Shown here: positions 1-8,798 of the stretch, one piece after another | Layout of the letters: every line of letters begins with the position of its first letter | How positions within the stretch are numbered: the first letter of the stretch is position 1 | DNA from: a virus | Taxonomy: Duplodnaviria; Caudoviricetes | Length of the DNA: 61,230 bases | IMG/VR virus record: IMGVR_UViG_3300042887_000389 | Span: 1 to 61,230 of that record | Direction: 5' to 3' (one strand) | Notes under the pieces: generated by a model | Seen by the model: only the letters and a program-made list of their open reading frames with translations | Database searches by the model: none | Told to the model about the DNA's origin: nothing | Position numbers and translations under genes: made by a program

Positions 1-127
1 TATTTTTAAAATGATTAACTGTGTAGTCCTTCTTCTTTATCACTGTCTTGTACACGTCATGCTCAATGCCTCCCTTACTGAAGACCCAGTACACATGGTT
101 GAACGAACGATCCTTTGTTGTCATCCT
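1..127. repeat. Terminal direct repeat, left copy (127 bp, identical to 61104-61230); assembly circularity overlap
   Basis: tatttttaaaatgattaac...tttgttgtcatcct occurs at both ends; 127 bp equals a common assembler k-mer; an ORF reads through the join. Confidence 0.97.
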
Positions 128-1363
128 GTCCCTGCTCTGCCAGTAACTAGTAGCACTGAAGTCAATGTTGTAGTACACCAAGTACTTGGCATGCCTGAGG
201 CTTATCCCCTCCCTGCCACTAACTATCTGAAGAGCAATGCTTTTATCTGTACTCTCAAATATACTAAGCTCAGTTGTAAGTTCATCACCAAACACATCCT
301 TCAGGGCAGACAACTCTTCCTTAAATTTATAGAAGATGCCTATCTTACTTCCTTGAAATTTTTGTTTAATGAACTCAGCCTTGGTGGTGTCAAGCACCAT
401 GCTGTTACCGCTCTCAAACTTAATCGTACCGCTGCACAACTGGTGTACCTTCATCATTAACTTTGCTGCCGTGTCCGCCAATATCACCTCAGTCTTACCC
501 TCAATCACTAGGTCCCTCTCCAACTTCTTTATAAGTTGCATGGTAGACTCCTTCATCTCAACCTCTAGTATCTCCTCAGTAACTGATGACACGAAGCCTG
601 CCTCCTTCTGTGAGAAACTTATCATGTATGGCTTCATCTCATCTATGATGCTGTCCATCCCACCGCTGTAGTCATTAATGAATAGCCCATTGATGTTCTT
701 CTGCTTGACCTTCACGTGCACCTCAGCAAACTTATAGAAGTTAACGAACCGCTTGAATGGGTTTCCAGGTATGCCGTACACCTGGTGGTACATCTGTGAG
801 TAACTCTCTGGTGTTGGTGTCCCTGACATGAGTATCACCTTAGGTCTATACTTAGAGATGGCGTGTCGGATCATTACAGCCCGATTGCTGGGCTTTGGGA
901 ACGCACCTATACTATGTGCCTCATCGATAATTATTAGGTCAAATTTGAGGCTGTCTACCACGTGGTGGAGGCTCTCATAGTTGACCACCTTTATCTGGTA
1001 ACTAGGCTGTAGCAAATCATAGTCCTTCTCGATACTGCCGATGGCCTTCTTCTTTGTCACGAACAGCACAGACTTTGCTCCGCACTCACTGGCTATGCCA
1101 AGGCTGGTCAAGGTCTTGCCTGTCCGTACCTCCATCGCTAGGTACACGAAGCCATGTTCTTGTATGGCTTGTGCCCCCTGCGATATTATGTCCCTCTGGT
1201 ATGGTCTAAACTCCATGCTTCTTGTTCCGTAATGAGATAGGCAATTCTTTATATTAGTTACTACATCTGGGTCGGCAGACTTGTCCTTCGATACAACATT
1301 GTAAAGTATACCGCAGTAGCGTAGCATCTGCTCATCCGAATAGCCGGGTACTCTCTCAATCAT
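1..1363 (-). CDS. SF2 (SNF2-like, DEAH) helicase, ~455 aa; continues across the circular junction and stops at 61099-61101 (absent from ORF track)
   Basis: Partial manual translation from ATG 1363 (alternative ATG 1216, same frame): FRPYQ (Q motif), MEVRTGKT (Walker A), IIIDEAH (Walker B), LMSGTP (motif III); C-terminus ...HFKNR* lies past the junction in the same frame. Confidence 0.9.
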   Translation of the reverse strand, partial: MIERVPGYSDEQMLRYCGILYNVVSKDKSADPDVVTNIKNCLSHYGTRSMEFRPYQRDIISQGAQAIQEHGFVYLAMEVRTGKTLTSLGIASECGAKSVLFVTKKKAIGSIEKDYDLLQPSYQIKVVNYESLHHVVDSLKFDLIIIDEAHSIGAFPKPSNRAVMIRHAISKYRPKVILMSGTPTPESYSQMYHQVYGIPGNPFKRFVNFYKFAEVHVKVKQKNINGLFINDYSGGMDSIIDEMKPYMISFSQKEAGFVSSVTEEILEVEMKESTMQLIKKLERDLVIEGKTEVILADTAAKLMMKVHQLCSGTIKFESGNSMVLDTTKAEFIKQKFQGSKIGIFYKFKEELSALKDVFGDELTTELSIFESTDKSIALQIVSGREGISLRHAKYLVYYNIDFSATSYWQSRDRMTTKDRSFNHVYWVFSKGGIEHDVYKTVIKKKDYTVNHFKN

Positions 1364-3746
1364 TTGAATGAATTATGATCCACCTACCCATCATGTCACG
1401 TCCCTCCTCAGGAGCAACGCCATACTTGAACATTCCGTACGATACCAGCCACTTGTAGAACTTGGTTCTGCTGATGGTCATCTTAGACTTTGGTCCGTAG
1501 TCAGGGTACTCGTTGACGAAGTCATTGTACAGGTCATTCTTGTACAGCCTTACCTCTGGCTCTAGCGTATTGTTCTTAGGCTGACCCTCCACCAGACCAC
1601 ACCACTCGATGAAGTCATGAGCTGTCTCCGCAGACAATTGTCTAATCTTTAGGTTGACAAACTTACTTCTCACTAGACCAGTGCTCAAGTAGTTAGCCAA
1701 GCATCTGATCATGTAGTTGTCAAACTCACACCAATCATCATCGTTCCAATCACCGAACATCAACTTACCAAACTCATCCAAAGGAGTGAATGTCTTGGAG
1801 TAGTACTGGTGTAACTCAAGCTCCCACTTACGTCTAGCAAATGAGTTGCCCGATCCCTTGATGGCATAGTTGGTAGTGATTGCAATCTTAGGAGACTTGC
1901 TGAATGGTATCTTGATTGCATCCTTGTTCTTCTTCTCTAGCGTTAGCCCCTCAGTTACTACACTGAATAGTCTCTCGAAGTCAAAGTACTTCTTCACGTC
2001 ATCGAACACTAGGATCTGCGTATCGGCAGACACAAGTTGGTAGGCGAAGCTCCGCTCAAAGGTGAATGACTTGCCATCAATAGTTACCACCTTCTTCATT
2101 CTACTTAATGCGTTCATGAACAGACCCTTACCTGTGCCACCCTCAGGGTTGTCGCTTATCACCTCATCGTTGAGGATCACAGCAGGACAGAATGAAAGGT
2201 TCTTGTATCCATGTAGTAGGAACCCAATGGTGCTCTCCATCGCCTCGACTCTACCATCATCATCCCCACAGATGTTGCGTATAAACTTCCTGTAACTGCA
2301 CGCATCTGTCACATCACACATGTTAAAGTTGCGGTCAATCACGTGGTCATTCCACACGTATCCACCTAGGTCTAGGTAGTCAATAGGCTTCACCTGATCC
2401 TTTGTCACCTGCACAGCACAGTTCTTGTAGTACAGGTAGGATGTGTCCTTGGTATCCTCGATGAAGAAGATGTCTATGGTTGATAGCATGGACAGGAACT
2501 CCTCCTTAAAGAACCTAGTCTGGTCAGCGAAGTAGTTGTACACCATGATGTCATCCAACTCAAGTAGATGGTTCAGCACGTAGTCCTTTATCTCCTTCTC
2601 AGATGTATGGTCAATCAAGTTATTTGTAACCTTCACAAACACGTAGTTCTTACCACCCTCTGGGCAGTACTTGTAGAACCCATTGTCCTCAAGGAACTGC
2701 TTGAACTGAATATGTACTATTCGAATGACTCCCTTCTCGCTCTTTTCCCAGAATGTTTTCTTTGCGTTCTCCTCCTCCACCTTGGTCAAGACTGCTTCGA
2801 TAGTATCCGTATCCAGTTGGGAGTCCTGTAGTTGGATACGTATCTCTTTTTTTGATACACCCCTCCTAAGTTTAGCCTTGATGGAGTTAATCTTCTCTTC
2901 ATCCTCGTAGTACTTGGTACCAAAGTTGGTGGTGTTCCGATAGGCTGAGTCAATTGTTGTTGCTATCTCACGTACAGAGAAGTCATCTGTGGCGTACTGG
3001 TTGAGCACGTAGGATGCAAGGCTCTTGTTGATGCCGAAGTCATTGAACGCCATCGCTAGGATGTACACGTTATGGTTCCGCTGTCCCTCCATCATTGGGT
3101 ACTTCTTCACCCACCACTTGACTAATATGTCAACCACCTTGTTCTCATCAGTGATAGGTATGGTTGGCTTGTCCTTGAACTTACTCACCTCTGTGTACTC
3201 TGGCTCCTCCAATACGTCCCATACAGATGAGTTCTCATTCACATGGATGAGTGGATCATAAGACTCGTAGCATACACGTGATACGTTCTTGCTAGTCTTG
3301 TCAAAGTATGGGCTCTTGAAGTACTTCTCTAGGCTGTTGAAGTAGTTGATGTGGTTGTCTTGGTCTGCTGGTATCTTTACCAATACCTTTAGCCCGTTCC
3401 CGGACGGGCTAATGAATACTGAGTAGACGTACTTGTTCTTAGACAAGTTCTCCTTGTCCTGTAGCAAGTCCTTCTGGTTCTGATACCCATCAAAGTCCAG
3501 ACATATCAGACCACTATGCTCCGTGATGGAGGCATCGGATCGCTTGGTGAACTTACCGCTGAAGCATATCGCTGGCAACTGCTTCTTTAGTTCTTGTCGC
3601 TCAGGCTTCCGCTTCTCTGCCCTGATCTTCTTGACCAGTTCCTTAGATGACCCAGACTTAATTCGCTCTAGGATTACGCCAACATTCCTGTGGAACGGAG
3701 CACTTGTCTCCTTAATACTCTGGAATATTGTTACTTGATATGTCAT
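1356..3746 (-). CDS. Primase-helicase (VirE-N/BT4734-like N-terminus, primase C-terminal domain, P-loop NTPase)
   Basis: LICLDFD and FISPSGNGLKV (VirE-N type), EGQRNH (PriCT-like), GGTGKG Walker A, LVFDD Walker B, ITTN. Confidence 0.85.
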   Translation of the reverse strand: MTYQVTIFQSIKETSAPFHRNVGVILERIKSGSSKELVKKIRAEKRKPERQELKKQLPAICFSGKFTKRSDASITEHSGLICLDFDGYQNQKDLLQDKENLSKNKYVYSVFISPSGNGLKVLVKIPADQDNHINYFNSLEKYFKSPYFDKTSKNVSRVCYESYDPLIHVNENSSVWDVLEEPEYTEVSKFKDKPTIPITDENKVVDILVKWWVKKYPMMEGQRNHNVYILAMAFNDFGINKSLASYVLNQYATDDFSVREIATTIDSAYRNTTNFGTKYYEDEEKINSIKAKLRRGVSKKEIRIQLQDSQLDTDTIEAVLTKVEEENAKKTFWEKSEKGVIRIVHIQFKQFLEDNGFYKYCPEGGKNYVFVKVTNNLIDHTSEKEIKDYVLNHLLELDDIMVYNYFADQTRFFKEEFLSMLSTIDIFFIEDTKDTSYLYYKNCAVQVTKDQVKPIDYLDLGGYVWNDHVIDRNFNMCDVTDACSYRKFIRNICGDDDGRVEAMESTIGFLLHGYKNLSFCPAVILNDEVISDNPEGGTGKGLFMNALSRMKKVVTIDGKSFTFERSFAYQLVSADTQILVFDDVKKYFDFERLFSVVTEGLTLEKKNKDAIKIPFSKSPKIAITTNYAIKGSGNSFARRKWELELHQYYSKTFTPLDEFGKLMFGDWNDDDWCEFDNYMIRCLANYLSTGLVRSKFVNLKIRQLSAETAHDFIEWCGLVEGQPKNNTLEPEVRLYKNDLYNDFVNEYPDYGPKSKMTISRTKFYKWLVSYGMFKYGVAPEEGRDMMGRWIIIHSND

Positions 3747-3769
3747 AAATGTCAGATGAATGTTGTAAT

Positions 3770-3900
3770 TATGCCGTGTAACTTACTGATAATTAACTCT
3801 ATGTCGATTATGTCAATTTAAAAACCTTTCTAGATTCAAAGAAATAATAATAATATATAGAGAATATATATATATATAGGGAAAAGTAAAAATGACATGG
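3770..3900. repeat. Origin-like element copy A (imperfect dispersed repeat with (TA)n core)
   Basis: Colinear similarity to 13256-13388; ATGTC/GACAT motifs flank an AT-rich core; directly upstream of the primase gene. Confidence 0.75.
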
Positions 3901-3907
3901 ACTAGAG

Positions 3908-3934
3908 AAAAAAAAGAGGGGGAGTTACCCCCTC
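3908..3934 (-). terminator. Intrinsic terminator
   Basis: GAGGGGG-agtta-CCCCCTC hairpin with an A8 run on the + strand (U-tract on -) just after the 3941 stop. Confidence 0.8.
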
Positions 3935-3940
3935 AGATTT

Positions 3941-4210
3941 TTAGAATGGAGACTCCCATTTATTCTCATCTACCTTCTTGCTTACTTGGTAGGTGTTGAG
4001 AGTTACGTTAAACTTGTCGGCAGTCTTGCCCTTCTTGATTTCAAGGTTGACCCATCCATCCTTTGTATTCTTATTGATGAAGTCAACTGCCTCGTCTGCT
4101 TTGATTGATAGTCTTACAACGATGAACTCTGGATCCTTTTCAGTTCTCTTTGCGATGAATCCGTTTGCGTAAATTGTTTCTTTCTTTTCCATTTGATTAA
4201 AGGGTTTCAT
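3941..4210 (-). CDS. Small conserved phage protein, possibly ssDNA-binding
   Basis: GWVNLEIKKGK core, acidic/aromatic C-terminus (WESPF), position in the recombination module. Confidence 0.5.
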   Translation of the reverse strand: MKPFNQMEKKETIYANGFIAKRTEKDPEFIVVRLSIKADEAVDFINKNTKDGWVNLEIKKGKTADKFNVTLNTYQVSKKVDENKWESPF

Positions 4211-4928
4211 TTATAAAGTAATTGTCAATATCATCTGTTGGGTTTGGTCCGAAGTACCTGTAGTACACCTCCATTGCTCGCTCTACCTTGGCTTCTCCGC
4301 CCTTCACGAACTCTTCGGATGGTCTGAACAGACCGAGCTGCTCAGATTCCTTGTCAATAACGTAAAAGTATAGAGGCTTTCCAAATAATTGCTGGTAAAT
4401 GTAGCACTGAGAGTCATAGTTGTAACTCTTTGCAGACCACCTGAACTTGTTGATGTCTGATGTAGTCTTCAGATCAATGATTGAATCAGCAGTGACGATG
4501 TCAGCCTTCGCTTTCCATTGCAGTCCCTTAATCTCACCAATGGTTGGCTCCTCGTATAGGTTGCCATCCCTGTAGATGTCATCGTAGAACTGGAGGTTGG
4601 ACTTCATTACACTAGCAAGACGAACAATCTCATCGTACTCCTTGGTCAACATGGCGAACTCAAGACCAGAATCTTCAAGGTACTTCTTGTACTCCTTTGT
4701 ATTGCGTGTACTGACATCCACCTGTGGCACGTTTACAGCCTTCTCAGGCTCTAGAATTAGTTGATGGAATAGTCTTCCCTCATGAAAGTGTTTTGAGTCC
4801 TCTGAGCGGGCTCTAAATCGCTTGGGATTTGTGAGCAATGCATAGATGTCTGAGTTGGATAGGTAGTACTTACCCTTACCATTGTAGTACTCATCATCAT
4901 CCCTGAGTTCATCGATTATTGTATTCAT
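4197..4928 (-). CDS. PD-(D/E)XK exonuclease, RecE/ExoVIII (DUF3799)-like
   Basis: YLSNSDI, GRLFHQLILEP, KAKADIV, IIDLKTT, YDSQCYIY motifs. Confidence 0.85.
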   Translation of the reverse strand: MNTIIDELRDDDEYYNGKGKYYLSNSDIYALLTNPKRFRARSEDSKHFHEGRLFHQLILEPEKAVNVPQVDVSTRNTKEYKKYLEDSGLEFAMLTKEYDEIVRLASVMKSNLQFYDDIYRDGNLYEEPTIGEIKGLQWKAKADIVTADSIIDLKTTSDINKFRWSAKSYNYDSQCYIYQQLFGKPLYFYVIDKESEQLGLFRPSEEFVKGGEAKVERAMEVYYRYFGPNPTDDIDNYFINETL

Positions 4929-5820
4929 ATTGTTCTATAGTTTTAAATATTTGATAGACTACCTGTGGTACTATGGCATTTCCTCCTGCCATGATTGATT
5001 CTTTTCTCCATTTAGAAAAGGTAATAGCGTCCAGTCTACTGGAAAGCCCATCATCTCCATCACAAATTGGGGGGACAGATGGGAACATTTCGAAGTCTGC
5101 TCTTGGTAATTTATTGCATCCTTCAAGCTGTTTGTCATCGGGTTGTGACCCTCCCTCGGAGCGTTCCCTCTCCTTCCTGCATTCTTGTCCGATGATACTG
5201 GAGTCGGAAGCATTCCCATTGATGCCATTTGCTTCAAAGGATTCTGAACATTTACTCCCTTCAGTGCATGTCTTTCCTTTGCTTTCTGAAATGTCTCCGG
5301 TTTCTTTGGACTGTTCCAATCGTACGCACATGGAGTGGGCAACGAACCATACCCTTTGCCTGAGATGGGGAGCGTTGACGCTTGCAGCTGGAAGTATAAA
5401 CGGTTGGACTTCGTACCCTTCAGATTCCAGGTCAGCTTGCACCTCTTCGAATACCATCCCTCCATTCCAACTAATAAGCCCACGAACGTTTTCGCCCACA
5501 ACCCAGCGTGGTTTGATTTCTCGAATTGCTCTAAGCATTTCAGGCCAGAGATGTCTGTTATCCTCCTTGCCGAGTCGCTTCCCTGCTGTTGAGTAGGGCT
5601 GACATGGGAATCCTCCTGTGATGATGTCAATTTCTCCTCTGTAAATAGAGAAGTCTGTCTTGGTAATGTCATTGTGTGATATTGAATTAGGCCAATAATA
5701 TTTTAAGACTCTCTGACCGAATGGATTCCATTCACAATGGAATACGTTCTCCCATCCCATCCAATCGGAGGCCAAATCAAAGCCCCCGATTCCACTGAAT
5801 AGTGATCCATGTCTAAGCAT
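4909..5820 (-). CDS. DNA cytosine-5 methyltransferase, large (alpha-like) polypeptide
   Basis: SLFSGIGGF (I), GGFPCQPYS (IV), ENV (VI), HLRQRVWF (VIII), GGNAIVPQV (X); no motif IX in this frame. Confidence 0.92.
   Translation of the reverse strand: MLRHGSLFSGIGGFDLASDWMGWENVFHCEWNPFGQRVLKYYWPNSISHNDITKTDFSIYRGEIDIITGGFPCQPYSTAGKRLGKEDNRHLWPEMLRAIREIKPRWVVGENVRGLISWNGGMVFEEVQADLESEGYEVQPFILPAASVNAPHLRQRVWFVAHSMCVRLEQSKETGDISESKGKTCTEGSKCSESFEANGINGNASDSSIIGQECRKERERSEGGSQPDDKQLEGCNKLPRADFEMFPSVPPICDGDDGLSSRLDAITFSKWRKESIMAGGNAIVPQVVYQIFKTIEQYEYNNR
4971..5672 (-). CDS. Nested alternative-frame ORF: probable second (beta-like) subunit of the C5 methyltransferase
   Basis: 233-aa ORF fully inside the MTase gene; ends LSPQFVMEMMGFPVDWT (motif IX-like); two LPTP-initiated repeats. 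Confidence 0.75.
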   Translation of the reverse strand: MTLPRQTSLFTEEKLTSSQEDSHVSPTQQQGSDSARRITDISGLKCLEQFEKSNHAGLWAKTFVGLLVGMEGWYSKRCKLTWNLKGTKSNRLYFQLQASTLPISGKGYGSLPTPCAYDWNSPKKPETFQKAKERHALKGVNVQNPLKQMASMGMLPTPVSSDKNAGRRGNAPREGHNPMTNSLKDAINYQEQTSKCSHLSPQFVMEMMGFPVDWTLLPFLNGEKNQSWQEEMP

Positions 5821-6433
5821 TAACCAAGTCGGCTATTTCTTTCTTGAGTTCTACAGACATGTCATACTTGGTGGTCAACTGCTTGCCAATGAATGCAAGA
5901 CCCTTGCTCTTGTTCTCAGCCACATACTTTAGCACCTTCTTCCAATCATCACTACCCTTCACCAAGTTAACTAGTGCTGTAGGTCTGCTCTCCTCCACCA
6001 CCTTTGGCTCACTCTCTGGCAAATCTTCACCAGCGTAGATGTAGATGCCCAATCCAAACATGGCTAGGTTCTTAACCAAGCATCGCATCATTGTCTTGTT
6101 GATGTCAAACGTGGTGGCTGCATCCACCTGCTTGTCTCCGTACTTGGTAGCGTAGGAGTAAGGCTTCTTCTTCATGCTCTTGTTCTTGCCATCCATGACA
6201 GGCAACCACATCTCAAGTGTCTGACCCTCAATAGTTACCTCACTATGGCACATGAATCCAAGGTCATCATCGTACTCCGTAGGCAGGATCTTATAGGATG
6301 CATCTGGGCACTCCTTCTTAGTCACAGACCATGCCCATGCCCATGATAGGTAGGTGAGGTTGTCCTTCTTCTCAACATGCTCGTTCACATTGATGGCTGA
6401 GAGTCTCTCGAATACTGATTTTTCTGATTTCAT
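5813..6433 (-). CDS. ssDNA-annealing protein, Sak3/DUF1071 family
   Basis: LTYLSWAWAW, MWLPVMD, DINKTMMRCLVKNLAMFGLGIYIYAGEDLP. Confidence 0.9.
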   Translation of the reverse strand: MKSEKSVFERLSAINVNEHVEKKDNLTYLSWAWAWSVTKKECPDASYKILPTEYDDDLGFMCHSEVTIEGQTLEMWLPVMDGKNKSMKKKPYSYATKYGDKQVDAATTFDINKTMMRCLVKNLAMFGLGIYIYAGEDLPESEPKVVEESRPTALVNLVKGSDDWKKVLKYVAENKSKGLAFIGKQLTTKYDMSVELKKEIADLVNA

Positions 6434-6720
6434 TTTTCTAGATTTTTAATTAGTTGTTTGTAGTCTGTGTCTGCTTGTACTTTACTATCGATTGATTTGA
6501 TCCCATGAATAATGGATGAGTGACCTATCACATACCCATTCATGTCCATGTACCTCTGGATGTAACTCACCGGTATGTTTCTCTTTGAGCATAGGTAGTA
6601 CAGCATGTGTCTTGCATCTACCACCTCCATCTTTTTATTCTTTGAGAAAATCCAATCCTTTGGGATGGAGTAACGCTTGATAATGTTTTCTAAATAGTTA
6701 TTAAAGATTTCGATTTTCAT
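6430..6720 (-). CDS. DnaA C-terminal (domain IV)-like helix-turn-helix protein
   Basis: IFSKNKKMEVVDARHMLYYLC...GHSSIIHGIKSI resembles DnaA-IV R..V.ARH.AMYL...DHSTV.H. Confidence 0.7.
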   Translation of the reverse strand: MKIEIFNNYLENIIKRYSIPKDWIFSKNKKMEVVDARHMLYYLCSKRNIPVSYIQRYMDMNGYVIGHSSIIHGIKSIDSKVQADTDYKQLIKNLEK

Positions 6721-6892
6721 GATATTAGAATTATATAAATAATAAATGATACTATAAGCAGTCCAAGACTTGCCACCTCAATTAGAATCTGATGCCTACT
6801 ACTAGAGTCATCACTCTTTCTAATCATCCTTGATACGGTAAAGTTTGCCAGCACAACCAGTAGTCCAGCTGTGAACATGACATCTAACTCGC

Positions 6893-7150
6893 TCATAAAC
6901 TTTTCATTATGTGTTCTACTAGACCATACATATGATCACTAGTTGGCGTGATGTTAAACCAATCATCACCATCATGCTCGCATAGGCGAAGGGTTGAAAG
7001 GATATTAATCTCAGTCTCACTCATGCCCATGCAATCCCAAGTAGATTCCTCACCAAACTGGTGAACCTCGTAACTTCCTACCCACAGGTAGTCCTTGTCA
7101 TCAATGCTGAACTCAACTTCCTCATTGATAAATACTTCGCTTTCATCCAT
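6893..7150 (-). CDS. Acidic hypothetical protein
   Basis: ORF in the co-directional early array. Confidence 0.6.
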   Translation of the reverse strand: MDESEVFINEEVEFSIDDKDYLWVGSYEVHQFGEESTWDCMGMSETEINILSTLRLCEHDGDDWFNITPTSDHMYGLVEHIMKSL

Positions 7151-7324
7151 AGTAGATTTGATTTAAATTTGATACAATATAAGACAATAAATAAACAATG
7201 TCAATCTTTTTTTGCATAAACTTTGCTTCTGTTCAGCCAGTAATGCTCATTGCAGATCCTATCGATAGCCTCCCACTTGGTGGTAGAAATTATCCTTGCG
7301 TATAGACTACCGCAGTAGTACACA

Positions 7325-7519
7325 TTAAACATTCGCTTCGCTTCCATCCTTTATCTTGGCTTCTGATCCATACCTAACCTCTCTAGGGCATGGATACGTG
7401 GTGAACAATGAGTCAATTGCTTTGATGAACTTTGCCTTGCTCTTCTCATCCAAGTAAAGCAGTCTGTCATTCATGCCATGTACCATCTGGTACATCTGTA
7501 GTCTTTCTTCTAGTGTCAT
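7325..7519 (-). CDS. Hypothetical protein
   Basis: ATGA-coupled to the upstream ORF. Confidence 0.6.
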   Translation of the reverse strand: MTLEERLQMYQMVHGMNDRLLYLDEKSKAKFIKAIDSLFTTYPCPREVRYGSEAKIKDGSEANV

Positions 7520-7953
7520 TGTAGTTTTAGATTTGTGAATTCAATAATTTTATCAATCCAGTCCCCATCCCATTCCCTATCCTTGTAGGTGTTGCAGAAA
7601 TCTGTGGTCAATTCAATGCCTAGGTCGTATAGCCCTGCAAATCCTTCAGTATCTAGAATTTTTTGTATCCTCTTGGGGATTGTATCGTTGTCAATAAATG
7701 CATGGATGGTACAGACCATCTCATGGTGGGTCTCTACCCAGTCTCTGAAGCCATTGGGTAATAACTGCTTGACCTTCTTTGATGCAAGCTGATTTAGGAT
7801 TGATGCCACCAAAACCTGCTCATCCTTAGTCACATTGTGTGGTACATACTTACCTGAAAACAGATCACCATTAGCCAACGCATCTGTTACTGACTGGTAC
7901 GCATGGTCGAGATCCAATCCCTCTGGTACATTTACTTCGATTGTAATTTTCAT
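7516..7953 (-). CDS. Hypothetical protein
   Basis: 145-aa ORF, overlaps both neighbours by 4 bp. Confidence 0.7.
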   Translation of the reverse strand: MKITIEVNVPEGLDLDHAYQSVTDALANGDLFSGKYVPHNVTKDEQVLVASILNQLASKKVKQLLPNGFRDWVETHHEMVCTIHAFIDNDTIPKRIQKILDTEGFAGLYDLGIELTTDFCNTYKDREWDGDWIDKIIEFTNLKLQ

Positions 7954-8171
7954 AGTTGTATGGGTGTTTGATAACTGAAATTTGATAAGATTAATTTCTT
8001 TGGATATGCATCCTCCAATGCTACGATGTAGTCCTCGATGAAATAGTTCATCTCCTCATGTTGCTTTGCCATTGGCTCTACAATCTTCCTTACATTCTCC
8101 TCTGTCAAGGTGGTGTACAATGTACACTGATCCCCATCCCAATTGCCGATTTTTAATTTGAATACATTCAT
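7950..8171 (-). CDS. Hypothetical protein
   Basis: Translationally coupled ORF. Confidence 0.6.
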   Translation of the reverse strand: MNVFKLKIGNWDGDQCTLYTTLTEENVRKIVEPMAKQHEEMNYFIEDYIVALEDAYPKKLILSNFSYQTPIQL

Positions 8172-8319
8172 TGTTCTATTAAGTTTGAGAATTGTGCTAC
8201 AATAAACTGCTCGTAGGTAAATAGCCTATCTTTTTTGGGTACACTTTTATAAGTCTTCTTTAAGTCCTTATCGAACCTCGTAACGAATTCATACATCAAC
8301 TTTAGGATGTCATCTTCTT

Positions 8320-8526
8320 TCATTTGCATTTTCTTTTCCATTCTGCTACAATTTTAGTTGCCTCGTATAATGCATCGGCACATTCACCCATGCCCATGTC
8401 CTCGTTGGACATTATCCATTGGTAGATATCATCCACCAACATCTGCTCCTGATCCTCTCGGATTTCCTTGAGCCTCTTGATTTCACTTCTGAGAAAGTCA
8501 TTCTCTAATCCTTCAATCGTTCTCAT
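8320..8526 (-). CDS. Hypothetical protein
   Basis: Translationally coupled ORF. Confidence 0.6.
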   Translation of the reverse strand: MRTIEGLENDFLRSEIKRLKEIREDQEQMLVDDIYQWIMSNEDMGMGECADALYEATKIVAEWKRKCK

Positions 8527-8798
8527 ATTTGTTCTAAGTTTAATTGTTCTGATGCCATGTGAATTGCTTCTCTAATCACTGACTTGATGTAGGCATCTGA
8601 TAATACCATTCTAAGTACCTCATACGCTTCCTCATCCGTACATTTGTAGTGGTCAGTCACATCTTCAATGCTCCACAATACATCTGTGTAGTACCCTAAG
8701 TCTGCTAAGAATTGCATTGCATCCTTCTTAGTCATTTGTGTTTTTGCGTACTCCAAGACTTCTTGTCTGGCAGTATCGCTTGTTGGATTAAATTTCAT
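8523..8798 (-). CDS. Hypothetical protein
   Basis: Coupled ORF; LWSIEDV...TDEEAYEVL motif seen in small phage proteins. Confidence 0.65.
   Translation of the reverse strand: MKFNPTSDTARQEVLEYAKTQMTKKDAMQFLADLGYYTDVLWSIEDVTDHYKCTDEEAYEVLRMVLSDAYIKSVIREAIHMASEQLNLEQI

Noticed and set aside
11-3738. Plus-strand ORFs opposite the helicase and primase (and similar shadow ORFs opposite groEL, terL, capsid and the giant gene)
   Set aside because: Antisense shadows of well-supported genes with no recognisable motifs
4973-5596. 207-aa antisense ORF over the dual-frame methyltransferase (triple coding)
   Set aside because: Ser/Pro/Leu-rich with no motif or evident promoter; plausibly a by-product of two constrained sense frames
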